Positions 1-10,040 of a DNA stretch of 64,000 nucleotides are shown in pieces (the stretch's first letter is position 1; each line of letters starts with the position of its first letter). Made by a program: the position numbers and the translations under genes. The stretch spans positions 1,568,001-1,632,000 of the forward strand of contig CBDCXV010000010.1 of the NCBI GenBank assembly GCA_965223905.1, given 5' to 3'. Under the pieces are notes generated by a model. It searched no databases, was not told where the DNA came from, and was given only the letters and a program-made list of their open reading frames with translations. The stretch is from Candidatus Latescibacterota bacterium (lineage in GTDB: Bacteria; Latescibacterota; UBA2968; UBA8231).

Positions 1-776
1 TGGTCGACGCCGGAGGGGAGCGGGTGGCGACCCCGAAAGAGGCAGCCTCCGGCAGCCAGGTCGTCATCACCATCGTCACCGACACACCGGACGTCGAGGC
101 TGTCATCCTCGGCGAGAACGGGGTGATCGAGGGAGTGGAGGAGGGGGCCACCGTGATCGACATGAGCACCGTGTCGCCCCGCGTCACCCGCGAAATCGCC
201 GCGGCCCTGAAGGAGAAGGGGGCCGGCATGCTCGACGCCCCGGTCAGCGGCGGCGACGTCGGGGCGCAGCAGGGAACGCTGTCGATCATGGTCGGCGGCG
301 AGCAACAGGTATTCGACGAGTGCCTCCCGGTGTTCGAGGCGATGGGCAGGAACATCACCCTGATCGGCGGCAACGGCGCCGGACAGGTGACCAAGCTCTG
401 CAACCAGATCGGTGTCGCCGTGGCCAACCTCGCCATGGCCGAGGCGCTGATGCTCGCCGCGGCCTCCGATCTCGACGTCGGGAAAGTGGTCGACGCGATC
501 AGCGGGGGAGCGGCCGGTTCCTGGCAGCTGACCAACCTGGGCCCGCGCGTCCTGCAGGGGGACTTCGACCCGGGCTTCATGGTGCGCCTGCAGCAGAAGG
601 ACCTCAAGCTGGTCCTCGAATCGGCGAACGACGTCAAGCTCGCCCTGCCCGCGGTCAGCATCGCCCACCAGTACTTCAACATCGTCGAGCGCATGGGGTG
701 CGCCGACGAGGGCACCCAGGCCCTGATCAAAGCGTACGAAGCGCAGGCGCGGAAAGAGGCGCGCAGCCAGAGTTGA
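1..776 (+). CDS. NAD(P)-dependent 3-hydroxyisobutyrate/2-hydroxy-3-oxopropionate reductase family (5' end outside window)
   Basis: Motifs IDMSTVSP, LDAPVSGG, GTLSIMVGG, GAGQVTKLCNQ, KDL; frame is open from the window start and the N-terminal Rossmann motif is missing. Confidence 0.9.
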   Translation, partial: VDAGGERVATPKEAASGSQVVITIVTDTPDVEAVILGENGVIEGVEEGATVIDMSTVSPRVTREIAAALKEKGAGMLDAPVSGGDVGAQQGTLSIMVGGEQQVFDECLPVFEAMGRNITLIGGNGAGQVTKLCNQIGVAVANLAMAEALMLAAASDLDVGKVVDAISGGAAGSWQLTNLGPRVLQGDFDPGFMVRLQQKDLKLVLESANDVKLALPAVSIAHQYFNIVERMGCADEGTQALIKAYEAQARKEARSQS

Positions 777-937
777 AACAGGTCAATTGGATGTTCACCT
801 ATGGCCACATAAATGACGGTCGACTTCCGATGCCGGAGGCGACCGGGCAAGCGGAACCGTCGGAGGAAAATGGGTCGCCCCCGTATCGCTTGCCGGCTCG
901 AGCATAGCCCGTCTCGGCAAAAGAAAGAGATCGAGAT

Positions 938-1909
938 ATGAGACCGGCTTTTCGATTTTTCATCACAGTTATTTCGCTTCCCTCAATGGCCAACCTTACG
1001 TACGCGGATTCCAATAGTGACACAGCCGGTGCTCGACAGGTAGGAGCGATTCTGGAAGCCGGGGAGATCGACAGCAGCACGGTGGAAGTAGGCGTCTTTG
1101 GCGTGGTCATCCATGGACGGGGGGAACGGCACCCGGTCTCGGGGGAGTGGGAAAGGCTGGAGACAGCCCGAGGCTACATCCAGGCGGTCAATGCGGAAAC
1201 GTTGACCCTGGCCCGGGGAGGAGATGGTTGGCTGCAGCGGATCGCCTTGGATCGCATTCAAACGCTGGTTCTGGCAGGCTCGGCTTCCCGTGAACCGTCG
1301 GCTCCTGAAAGCAGCCAAAAAGAGAACATTCCAACTCCGACGAATTCCGGCCGTGCCGATGCTATGCCGGATACAATTATTGTGAAAACGGATGCAAAGG
1401 GAGAAACTTCACGGCGAATTAAAGTAAAGCTCTTCACTGGTATAGTCGGAGGCAGCGTTTTTCTATGGGCGGGGGCTTTGGCCGGTTGGGGTATTGATGA
1501 TTACTACGGCAAGTGTCGCGGATTGTTTCCAACCAACGAGCAGCACGTTTCTGAAGATGACCATTGTGTAGATATAGGGGTTCTTGTTGGGGGGAGTACG
1601 GGTTGGGTATTTGGAGCTCCCATTGGTGTAAGTATGGTGGAACCCAATGATCGTTTCATACATACGCTGGGTGGCAGCTTGGGGGGGGTGATTGCATGCG
1701 GTTTGCTGACCTTAGTTAGTGATGGTAAGCTTGCGCCATCCTTGATCGTGGCCCCTATCGTTTTTTCCACGGTAGCATCTGAATGGTCCCGAAACGGCGA
1801 ATTATCTCCCAAATCCCTTGAAGACCCTGATCAAGACTATCGTTTTTCCTTAGGTATAATGCCTATATCAGAGGGAAATTTTGCGATGGTCTTAACGCAC
1901 CGGTTCTAA
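938..1909 (+). CDS. Hypothetical exported/membrane protein
   Basis: 323-aa ORF with signal-like N-terminus and Gly-rich hydrophobic helices; visibly AT-richer than its neighbours. Confidence 0.55.
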   Translation: MRPAFRFFITVISLPSMANLTYADSNSDTAGARQVGAILEAGEIDSSTVEVGVFGVVIHGRGERHPVSGEWERLETARGYIQAVNAETLTLARGGDGWLQRIALDRIQTLVLAGSASREPSAPESSQKENIPTPTNSGRADAMPDTIIVKTDAKGETSRRIKVKLFTGIVGGSVFLWAGALAGWGIDDYYGKCRGLFPTNEQHVSEDDHCVDIGVLVGGSTGWVFGAPIGVSMVEPNDRFIHTLGGSLGGVIACGLLTLVSDGKLAPSLIVAPIVFSTVASEWSRNGELSPKSLEDPDQDYRFSLGIMPISEGNFAMVLTHRF

Positions 1910-2069
1910 AAACTAGCTGAATTTCGCTTCTTATTTTGGATTTTACTGAAGGGCGCAAGATGACCCTGCTGCGGTGAGGAGCCGCTTTGTCATCGGCCGG
2001 CTCGAACCAACGGCTGCGCTGCGTTTCGCAGAGGCCGGCCAATAAAAAAAACTGCGGGGAGAACAGAGG

Positions 2070-2861
2070 ATGGACCTGAAGAAAGTCGGGGTTCTGTTGC
2101 GGGATGGGGAGCAGACCTATCCGCTGTCCGAGCTCGACGACCTCTTCGCGAGGCGCGGCATTTCGCTGGCTCCCCTGAAGTGGGACGAGCCCCCGCCCGG
2201 GGATCTCGACATGGTCATGGCCATGGGCGGGGACGGCACCGTCCTCAAAGCCCTCGACCTGTTCAGCGCCGGTCCGGTGCTGGCGATCAACTTCGGCACC
2301 ACCGGATTCCTGACCGCGGCCGACCGCGACGACCTCGACAAGGTGCTGACCCTGCTACTCGAGGGGAACTACCTGGTCAGCGAGCGCCTCGTCCTCGAGT
2401 GCCGGCATCCGCACGGGGTGACGCGGTCGATCAACGAGGTCATCGTGCGCCTTGCCGGCAGCGGCTTCCTCTACATCGACGTTTCCGTGGACGGCACCAA
2501 GATCCGCACCATCAAGGGGGACGGGGTCGTGGTCGGCACCCCGACCGGAAGCACCGGGTTCCTGCTCTCCGCGGGTGCGCCGATCGTGATGCCCGACGTC
2601 CGCTGCCTGATGCTCGACGGCATCAACGAGCACAACTTCACTTCGCGCTCGCTGATCCTTTCACCCGACTGCCGCATCGAGCTGCACGTCGGCGAGGAGA
2701 CCCGGGAGCACGGCGTCCATATCGCCGCGGACGGCCGCCCTCTCGGCAGCCTGAGCCCCGGGGACGACGTGCAGATCGTCCAGTCCTCGACCACGGCCAA
2801 GCTGATCTACTTCCAGGACAGCTACTTCTTCAACAACCTTTCCTCGAAGCTGGGCTGGTAG
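2070..2861 (+). CDS. nadK: NAD(+)/NADH kinase
   Basis: GGDGT, NE and TPTGST motifs; RBS GAGG upstream. Confidence 0.9.
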   Translation: MDLKKVGVLLRDGEQTYPLSELDDLFARRGISLAPLKWDEPPPGDLDMVMAMGGDGTVLKALDLFSAGPVLAINFGTTGFLTAADRDDLDKVLTLLLEGNYLVSERLVLECRHPHGVTRSINEVIVRLAGSGFLYIDVSVDGTKIRTIKGDGVVVGTPTGSTGFLLSAGAPIVMPDVRCLMLDGINEHNFTSRSLILSPDCRIELHVGEETREHGVHIAADGRPLGSLSPGDDVQIVQSSTTAKLIYFQDSYFFNNLSSKLGW

Positions 2862-3161
2862 CGCCCGGAGGAGCGGCCCCGCTGTGGGGCTCTATCCTGT
2901 CCGGGCATCCGGTTCCAAGGCGGGGCATTGGATTCGGAGAACCGCCTGATTGGCGGGACAGCGCCGCGGCCTGTCCGGGCTTCCCCCGCCAGGTTCGCAC
3001 CGGGCCGGGACCGGAGCACCGGATTCACGGAACTTCCTCGATACACACCGGATCCGCATGAGGGGCAGGACGCACAGGTAAGGATCGGTGCGGAAAGGCA
3101 ACCGCCTGCCGGTCCCCCCCAAGGGACACGACCGCGAATGACGGGAGTCGGGAAAGGCTGA

Positions 3162-4679
3162 CTACAGGATGCCGACGCGGCCGGGTGCCTCGGCGTCGAG
3201 CAGGCGCTCCCGCGGCAGGACGAGATTGAGCTCGCGGACCTGCGCGGGGGAAAGCCCGGCAAGCCTGTCGACCAAACCGAGAAAGCGGCAGATCTCCCCC
3301 TCTTCCGCGAGGCCGGCGGTGAGGGTGCGCAGCTTGCGCACGTACTCCCCGCGCCGGAAGGGGCGGGCGCCGAACGAGTGGGCGTTCGGATTGCCGAGGC
3401 GTTCAACGACCCGCGAGCCGTCGTTCATCGCCACCACCACCTCGGCCCCGAACTTCTTGCGCGACGGGTCGGGGTCGTGGTAGGCAGCCGTCCACTCCGG
3501 CACCTCCTCGGTGCGTATCCGGTGCCACAGGCGCACCGTCGAAGGGCGGTGGGCGCGTTCGGAGGTGTAGCTGTCGGCGTGGTGCCAGGCGCCGTCCTCC
3601 CAGGCCACCGCCAGTATGTACATGGCGCTGTGGTCGAGGGTCTCGCGCGAGGCGCCGGGGTCCATCTTCTGCGGGTCGTTGGCGCCGGTGCCGATGACGT
3701 TGTGGGTGTGATGGGAGGTGCGGATCACCACCTCCGCAATTTCTGCGGGATCGAGACTCCGGGCGTGCAGGGAAAAGCCGATGTCGATCAGCGCCTGAGC
3801 CTGGTACTCGGCCGAGTGCTCCTTCGTGTATGACTGGAGGATGGCCGTCAACGGCTCTCCCGGCGAGGGCAGCGGTACGGTGTACTCGGCGTCCGGTCCG
3901 CCCAGCAGCCAGGCGATGACGGCGTCGCGGCCCTCGTAGATCGGCGAGGGAGCTTTCTCCCCGAGGCGGGCGCGCCCCACCGCCTCGACGGCGATCTTGC
4001 CGGCCTGGGCCGGGGCGTAGGCCTTCCAGCTGGTGATCTCCCCCTTGCGCGACTGCCGCGTGGCGCAGCCGAGGTGGACGCTCTGGTTGACGGCCTGGAA
4101 GATCTGCTCCGCCGGCATCCCCAGCATGGTGCCGATGCCCGCGGCGACCGCGGGGGCGAGATGGGCGACGTGATCGATCTTGTGCTCGTGCAGGCAGATC
4201 CCGGTCACCAGCGCCATCTGCGTCTCGTACGCCGTGGCGGTCCCCAGGGCAAGCTCCCGCCCGTTGCGCCCGGTCTGCTGCGCGACCGCGAGAAGACCGG
4301 GAATGGTGTCGCCGGGATGGGAGTAGTCGGCGGCGAGGTAGCAGTCGTGCATGTCGAGCTCGCGCACGGCGACCCCGTTGGCCAGGGCCGCCCACTCGCA
4401 GTGGAAGGTGCGCTCGCCGGGGATCCCGAACAGCGACGCCCCGGTCCCCTCCGGGTGGGGGTAGCCGAGGGCCAGCAGGCGGGCGTTGCGCACCGGGTCG
4501 CGGTTGATGGCGGCGACGGCTACCGCGGCGTTGTCGATGAGGCGGTTGCCGATCATCTCGGCGACCTCGGCTTCGAGGAAGGAGTTGCCGGCCGCCATGG
4601 CGGCGATCTTCCAGGCCAGCTGCTCCTCCCTGGGCAGCACGGTCCCTTCGGCGTGGGTCCTTACGACGACCGGCGGCAT
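3162..4679 (-). CDS. prpD: MmgE/PrpD family 2-methylcitrate dehydratase
   Basis: NGVAVRELDMHD, SHPGD, RQSRKGEITSWKA, KEHSAEYQAQA, SRETLDHS motifs. Confidence 0.9.
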   Translation of the reverse strand: MPPVVVRTHAEGTVLPREEQLAWKIAAMAAGNSFLEAEVAEMIGNRLIDNAAVAVAAINRDPVRNARLLALGYPHPEGTGASLFGIPGERTFHCEWAALANGVAVRELDMHDCYLAADYSHPGDTIPGLLAVAQQTGRNGRELALGTATAYETQMALVTGICLHEHKIDHVAHLAPAVAAGIGTMLGMPAEQIFQAVNQSVHLGCATRQSRKGEITSWKAYAPAQAGKIAVEAVGRARLGEKAPSPIYEGRDAVIAWLLGGPDAEYTVPLPSPGEPLTAILQSYTKEHSAEYQAQALIDIGFSLHARSLDPAEIAEVVIRTSHHTHNVIGTGANDPQKMDPGASRETLDHSAMYILAVAWEDGAWHHADSYTSERAHRPSTVRLWHRIRTEEVPEWTAAYHDPDPSRKKFGAEVVVAMNDGSRVVERLGNPNAHSFGARPFRRGEYVRKLRTLTAGLAEEGEICRFLGLVDRLAGLSPAQVRELNLVLPRERLLDAEAPGRVGIL

Positions 4680-4710
4680 CGGCGGTAGCTGGAAACGGGC
4701 GGGTCAGCAG

Positions 4711-5502
4711 CTATCGGGGACGGTAGATCGCCGACTGGTTGTAGGGGATGATAAGCGCCTCGACGCCGTCCGGAAGGTGGGCGGCCCACTCGTGCGAATC
4801 GTAGTCGCGCGCCGTGAAGCAGCCGTAGTGCGCCGGCACCGCGGCCTCGATCCCGATGGCGGCCGCCATCTCGGCGGATCCTTCGAAGAACGGGAACTCC
4901 CCTTCCGTCGGGTGATTGGTCAGCAGGCCGATGTCGGGGCGGAGATCGCGGACCGCGGAAACCAGCTCGCCGTGGCGGGCGAAGTTGTTGATCGGGTCGC
5001 CCGACACGTATACCCGCACCGCTCCCGTATCGACGACGTACCCGAGGTGCTGGACATCGGGAGGATCGATGCCGTTGGCCGGGTCGCCCGCCGGGGGCTT
5101 GGCGTAGACGGCGTGGAACGTCATCCCTGCCGCGGTTGCCGAATCGCCGGCAGCCACCGCGGTGATCGAGGCTTCCGGTATCCCGGCCGCGGCCAGCGCC
5201 TCGGCGCTTTCCGACGGCCCGACGATGACCAGACCTGGGTTGGCGCTGCGAATGCGCTCGATCGACTCGAGGCAGGTGTGGTCCCCGTGGTTGTGGGTCA
5301 GGAGCACGCAATCGGTGCGCAGCGATTCCTCCATCAGCGGCGAGCGCGGATGTATGAAGGTCTCCGCGGGGCGCTCGCGCGGATAATACGGATCGACCTG
5401 GACAATCTCTCCTGAGCTGTTCCTGAGACCGAAGCTGCTCTGGCCGAACCAGTGAATGCCGACGCCGTTTTCCGGCACGGCGAGGTCTTCGAAGGGATGC
5501 AT
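4711..5502 (-). CDS. MBL-fold metallo-hydrolase (UlaG-like)
   Basis: WFGQSSF, THNHGDH, SGD and PAHY motifs. Confidence 0.85.
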   Translation of the reverse strand: MHPFEDLAVPENGVGIHWFGQSSFGLRNSSGEIVQVDPYYPRERPAETFIHPRSPLMEESLRTDCVLLTHNHGDHTCLESIERIRSANPGLVIVGPSESAEALAAAGIPEASITAVAAGDSATAAGMTFHAVYAKPPAGDPANGIDPPDVQHLGYVVDTGAVRVYVSGDPINNFARHGELVSAVRDLRPDIGLLTNHPTEGEFPFFEGSAEMAAAIGIEAAVPAHYGCFTARDYDSHEWAAHLPDGVEALIIPYNQSAIYRPR

Positions 5503-5641
5503 CGTTCTCCTTTCTGTGGGATGTTGGACTCTTCAAGGATTGAATCGTGGGGAAGGTATTGATACGGACAGAATTAAAGCCGCCGTGCAATGCCCGTCCC
5601 GGATCCTCGATACTTTTCGCCAGAATGATCGAGGAAACCGA

Positions 5642-5828
5642 CTATGGCGGAGAAATCCCCAGATCCCTGCAAATCTTTGTCACCAGGGAACCTGTTCAGC
5701 TCCCGGTGTCTTGGGACAGCGGACGAACTTCGATTTCTGCGATTGACGTACATAGTGTGATTTCCACCTTCCCGGAGGAACTCACAACCGTGTCTCTCAA
5801 GATGTCGGATGACATCTATCCTTTTCAT
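5642..5828 (-). pseudogene. hicA: HicA-family toxin with +1 frameshift
   Basis: MKRIDVIRHLERHGC-REGGNH-VPRHREL; removing one base of the G run at 5686-5688 restores a typical end LVTKICRDLGISPP*. Confidence 0.75.
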
Positions 5829-5830
5829 GC

Positions 5831-6043
5831 CTATACAATGACATGCTCGCGGATGACCTCATGTTCTTCCACATGGGATTCCTCGGCGAGGATGCGATTG
5901 GCCTCGAGCGTCATTTCAATGGCTTCCCGGAGGTTTACCCTGGCCTCTTCGAGGGTTTTCCCCTGAGTATTGGCGCCGGGCAGCTCCTCGACGAATCCGA
6001 TGTATCCCTCGGGGACTTTTCTAAAAACCGCGGTCAGTTTCAT
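5831..6043 (-). CDS. hicB: HicB-family antitoxin
   Basis: EELPGANTQGKTLEEARVNLREAI; directly upstream of hicA. Confidence 0.85.
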   Translation of the reverse strand: MKLTAVFRKVPEGYIGFVEELPGANTQGKTLEEARVNLREAIEMTLEANRILAEESHVEEHEVIREHVIV

Positions 6044-6323
6044 AATGGGGAGTGCCCTGAAAATTGTTGGTGGAGCGGATTGGTCACGATCGAACCAATT
6101 AGGAAGCTTGCCGTCGCAGCATGAATCTCATGCGCTTTCCTCAAATTCTGAGGGTGATACCCTACCCGGCTTTCGCTTCCGCGTCAAGGGCGAAGGGCAG
6201 CGGCCCACAAATTGCCATCCCCTGTAAAAACAGTATCTTAGTAGAAATCAATCCAGGCGACCGCCGGTGTATTCCGCACCGGAGCGACACCGGGAGTCAA
6301 TCCCCCAGCGACGGAGAGAAACC

Positions 6324-6632
6324 ATGGCGAGAGTAGGCTTCCGCATGAACCTCAAGCCGGGGAACGAGGCGGAGTACAAAAAACGGCACGACGAGATCTG
6401 GCCGGAGCTGACGCAGCTTCTCCACGATACCGGCATCAGGAACTACACGATCTTTCGCGACGGCCTGACCTTGTTCGCCTACCTCGAGATCGACGACCCG
6501 GGCGCCCTCGACGAGCTGCCCGGCTACGAGCTGATGCGCAAGTGGTGGACCTACATGGAGCCGCTGATGGTCTACAACGACGACTCCACTCCGGCGGTCA
6601 CCATGCTCGAAGAGGCGTTTCACCAGGACTGA
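6324..6632 (+). CDS. rhaM: L-rhamnose mutarotase
   Basis: EYKKRHDEIWPEL, GIRNYTIF, RKWWTYM motifs; RBS GGAGA. Confidence 0.9.
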   Translation: MARVGFRMNLKPGNEAEYKKRHDEIWPELTQLLHDTGIRNYTIFRDGLTLFAYLEIDDPGALDELPGYELMRKWWTYMEPLMVYNDDSTPAVTMLEEAFHQD

Positions 6633-6640
6633 CCGCGCCG

Positions 6641-7915
6641 ATGAGCACCGCCACCCTGTTCGACAGGAAGTACGAGAAGGGCAAGGCCGATTTCCTGGGC
6701 GAGGTGGTCGAGCGCCTGCGCGGCGAGTACGCCCCGGAAGAGATCGAGGCCCTGCGCATCGATCCTGTCGACCCCGAGATCCTGTCGCAGCGCTCCGGCC
6801 GCGGTTTCGTCAACCGGGACATCCTCGAAACCGTGCTCGGCAACCTGCTGGAGTGCGTCGCTCCGGGGTCGCACAACGCGGTGGCGCCGCAGGCGAAGCA
6901 GGGGCTCGACTCCGCCCTCGGTGAGATCGCCGACCAAGTCTACGCCATGGTCGCCCAGTCGCTGCTGGCCGCCGGCGAGGAGGAGCGTCTCGAGGATGCG
7001 GCGCTGGCCGCGACTTTCGCCCTGCTCTGGGAGCTGCCCGGGCTCAAGGAGCGCTCGCGCTGGAACCGCTTCGCCTCGCTGAAGGATCCGGCGGTCTGGG
7101 ACGCCTACCTGTTGCAGACCTGCGGATTGTCCGCCGGGGAGCTCGCCGGGCTCGAGTTCGGCCGGCACCTCGACCGGGCTATAGCCGAACGGGACTTTGG
7201 TCAGTACCGCGAGTTCCTCAAAACCCTGAAGTGCGATTCCATCTTCGATTACCAGATGCAGCTGGTGATGAGCACCTATCCCGGCTGGCGGGTGCTGTTC
7301 TACCACGACGTCGCCCACTCCCTCACCCGCTCGGGAGCGGTTGCCGGCAACCCGCAGCTGAGCCGCCTGCCCGTTCCCCTGCTGCCGCGCGCCATCGCCG
7401 AGCTGGGGGGGCGCTACTACCAGGCCGACATCCACCCGGAGACCGAGATCGGCGACGCCAACTTCCTCGACCATCCCCACCGCGGGATAACCACCGGCCA
7501 GACCGGCGTCATCGGTTCCGGCTGCCACCTGATGCCCTGCACCCTCGGCGGATTGTCGCGGCGGCTGCGGCGCCGCCACCCGCGGCTGGGGGACGGCGTC
7601 TTCATCGGCACCGACGCCAACCTGATCGGCCCCGTGATCATAGGGGACCGCTCGGCGATCGGAGCGAACACCGAGATCTACGGCCTCGTCGAAGTGGGGC
7701 GCGACTGCCGCATCGGTTCCTCGGTGGTCGTCGGAACGGTCAAGTCGACAGGCGCCAACCCCGGGCGTCTGCTGGTGGGGGACGGCGTCAGGATCGGCGA
7801 CGGCACGATCGTCGAGAACGAGTCGACCCTGGACCTCGTCATCCCCGGCAACACGCAGATCCCCGCGCGCAGCCACGTCGTCAACAGGGACGGGGCTCCC
7901 GAGTACATCGGGTAG
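6641..7915 (+). CDS. Serine O-acetyltransferase-like protein with hexapeptide (LbH) repeats
   Basis: ADIHPETEIG, LDH, TLGG..RRHPRLGDGVFIG followed by extended hexapeptide repeats. Confidence 0.7.
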   Translation: MSTATLFDRKYEKGKADFLGEVVERLRGEYAPEEIEALRIDPVDPEILSQRSGRGFVNRDILETVLGNLLECVAPGSHNAVAPQAKQGLDSALGEIADQVYAMVAQSLLAAGEEERLEDAALAATFALLWELPGLKERSRWNRFASLKDPAVWDAYLLQTCGLSAGELAGLEFGRHLDRAIAERDFGQYREFLKTLKCDSIFDYQMQLVMSTYPGWRVLFYHDVAHSLTRSGAVAGNPQLSRLPVPLLPRAIAELGGRYYQADIHPETEIGDANFLDHPHRGITTGQTGVIGSGCHLMPCTLGGLSRRLRRRHPRLGDGVFIGTDANLIGPVIIGDRSAIGANTEIYGLVEVGRDCRIGSSVVVGTVKSTGANPGRLLVGDGVRIGDGTIVENESTLDLVIPGNTQIPARSHVVNRDGAPEYIG

Positions 7916-7934
7916 CACCCGCAGCCCGCTTCCG

Positions 7935-8059
7935 CTTCAGAATCCGCAGCGCTCCGCCGCCCTGAAGAACGGCTCGGAGACCGCCATGGCCTCGCGCAAG
8001 GGAAGGTCGCTGGTCATCGGGTGGACGCAGAGGAGGCGGCAGCCGTTCTCCATCGCCCG
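7935..8059. repeat. 125-bp direct repeat, copy 1 (duplicate of the aldolase gene 3' end)
   Basis: Identical to 9084-9208 except one T/C difference (7992 vs 9141). Confidence 0.95.
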
Positions 8060-8182
8060 TTCCGGGTCGTACCCGACCAGCCGGTAGAGGTGGACGCCGG
8101 CTGGCGCATCCGATGCCTGCTGGATGGGAGGATCGTCAAGCGGTTCGGTCAAGCATCGGCGCTCAGGCCGAATGTGTTCAGA

Positions 8183-8617
8183 TCAAACGCCTTCGGAGGT
8201 AGCGGACTCGTCGCCGGCTGGTGTGTCGCGTGCCAGGTAGGCAGCTGGGCGCAGGATGTGTACGCCCTGCACCTTCTTGGCGAAATGCGGGCCGAAGTGA
8301 CGCACATCTCCCGTCAACAGGTGTGTGGCACCTGCTGCCACGGCCGCCAACCAGACGGGACGATCCTTGTCCGGAAGTAATAGCGGACATGGCGTGTCGG
8401 CCGGACCTTCCGCGACGAGTCGGACGGCACTGAGGAGGCTGTCCAGCGCGGCGCGCTGCGCCGTGTCTCCGAGGTTCCGTCGCGCTTCTTCGATCACGTA
8501 CTCCGATGCCACCAACTCACACCGGCCGTCCCGGGCCGCGGTCCAGAGTCCAACCAACCCCGGACTGCCGTACGCCGCGCTGAAGAGCACGTTGGCGTCG
8601 AGGAAGACCCGGTCCAA
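8183..8617 (-). CDS. PIN-domain (VapC-like) toxin
   Basis: VFLDANVLFS, VIEEARRN, DKD, LLTGD..HF acidic PIN motifs. Confidence 0.85.
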   Translation of the reverse strand: MDRVFLDANVLFSAAYGSPGLVGLWTAARDGRCELVASEYVIEEARRNLGDTAQRAALDSLLSAVRLVAEGPADTPCPLLLPDKDRPVWLAAVAAGATHLLTGDVRHFGPHFAKKVQGVHILRPAAYLARDTPAGDESATSEGV

Positions 8618-8620
8618 CGG

Positions 8621-8914
8621 TCAGGGATCTCGAGGCTTTTCGTGCGGAATGTCTGCCGGGTCGAGCCCCAGCTCCCGAACCTGCTTGCAAGCCCACTCGT
8701 AGTCCAGGTCATCGACGGCGTTCGACAGCAGGAACTCCGCCTTGCGCTGCGCCGAATAGCTCTCGATGGGCAAGGCCACCGCCGGCCGGATGAGGACACC
8801 GTCGTCGCGACCATCCACGATAACCATCGATCCTTCCTCCAAGCCGTACATCCTGCGCAGCTGTGCGGGGATTACAACGGTTCCCCTCTTGCCGATCCTG
8901 GTCGCCTTTGCCAT
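8621..8914 (-). CDS. AbrB/MazE/SpoVT-family antitoxin
   Basis: IGKRGTVVIPAQLRRMYGLEEG; directly upstream of the PIN gene. Confidence 0.9.
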   Translation of the reverse strand: MAKATRIGKRGTVVIPAQLRRMYGLEEGSMVIVDGRDDGVLIRPAVALPIESYSAQRKAEFLLSNAVDDLDYEWACKQVRELGLDPADIPHEKPRDP

Positions 8915-8934
8915 GAGAAGCCCCTTGGTTAAAA

Positions 8935-8959
8935 ATTCTGATAATCAGAATATCAGAAT
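8935..8959. promoter_or_regulatory. Putative TA operator: palindrome ATTCTGAT-A-ATCAGAAT plus an extra ATCAGAAT half-site
   Basis: Perfect inverted repeat about 20 bp upstream of the antitoxin ATG. Confidence 0.7.
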
Positions 8960-9083
8960 AGTCTGTCTCGGGAGGCAATACATGGCAGGTCCTCCGATGC
9001 TCCGTAACGGTCGAATCTTTCCGAACGCCCAAAACGTCGACGACGATGGGACGCCTCTCAGAAGCCAGGGAGCCGCGGCAGGC

Positions 9084-9208
9084 CTTCAGAATCCGCAGCG
9101 CTCCGCCGCCCTGAAGAACGGCTCGGAGACCGCCATGGCCCCGCGCAAGGGAAGGTCGCTGGTCATCGGGTGGACGCAGAGGAGGCGGCAGCCGTTCTCC
9201 ATCGCCCG
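9084..9208. repeat. 125-bp direct repeat, copy 2 (within the intact gene end)
   Basis: Matches 7935-8059. Confidence 0.95.
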
Positions 9209-10039
9209 CACCATGTTGTCCTCGATATCCCCGGGGTCCTCCATCGAACCGCTGCCGACCACGCGCCCGAGGTGCACCCCTCTGTCCGCTGCGGCGCGGA
9301 ACAGCGCGTCAATGGCGTCCTCGACTTCGGGGAGGTCCCCCTCGCGCAGGATGGCGTCGAAGGGGCCGACGAACCCGCAGGCCTTGTTGCGGCCCTGGGC
9401 GGCCATCAGGTCGAGCAGCCGGTCGCGCAGGTCCGTATCGATGATGTACTCGGCGGTTTCGAACTGCAGCCAGCCCTGGGTTTCGGTCTCGGCACCGCGC
9501 AGGGAATCCGGGGTGAAGCACATGGTGCGGTCGCCGGTGCGCACCGGGTAGCCGCCGCGGTCGACCGCGGTCGCCTGCCCGGGTACGGGGAACTGGACCG
9601 ACCGGTAGAACACCTCCGCCTCCTCGTAGGTGGTGCCGTACGGCCTCATGGTGGCGCGCGCGCCGAGCTGGAACGCGTCGCCGTGGGAGCTCAGGGCCTC
9701 GCGGTGCAGGCGCTGGACCGCGAGCAGACCGAGGCGGCACTCCGCGGCGTTCTGCTCGGTCCCGTACCAGCCCTCGCGCTGCCGGTGCTCCGCGTCGTTG
9801 ACGATCCAGGAGAAACCTGCCTTGGCCCAGGCGTGGGCTTCGCTCTCGCGGAACTGGTGCCACGGGATGTCGTTGAAGATCCCCAGGAGGGGAGGGGTCT
9901 CGGCCACGGATGCATGGCGGTCGAGGACCTCCTTCAGCGGGTTGCGGCCCGGGTGGGAAACGTAGGCATGCGCCCGGCGGGCGAACTCGGCGACCTCGAG
10001 CGGACGCGAGCCGCCGACAGCCTCGGTAGCAGTTGTCAT
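9086..10039 (-). CDS. Divergent HpcH/HpaI aldolase/citrate lyase-like protein
   Basis: AGFSWIVNDAEH, LQFET and FVGPFD resemble the DxEH, xQIET and FVGPxD motifs. Confidence 0.65.
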   Translation of the reverse strand: MTTATEAVGGSRPLEVAEFARRAHAYVSHPGRNPLKEVLDRHASVAETPPLLGIFNDIPWHQFRESEAHAWAKAGFSWIVNDAEHRQREGWYGTEQNAAECRLGLLAVQRLHREALSSHGDAFQLGARATMRPYGTTYEEAEVFYRSVQFPVPGQATAVDRGGYPVRTGDRTMCFTPDSLRGAETETQGWLQFETAEYIIDTDLRDRLLDLMAAQGRNKACGFVGPFDAILREGDLPEVEDAIDALFRAAADRGVHLGRVVGSGSMEDPGDIEDNMVRAMENGCRLLCVHPMTSDLPLRGAMAVSEPFFRAAERCGF

Positions 10040-10040
10040 C

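Noticed and set aside
2862-3161. Hairpins between the convergent nadK and prpD genes as an ncRNA
   Set aside because: GC-rich inverted repeats compatible with terminators or REP-like sequences; no recognisable RNA family motif.
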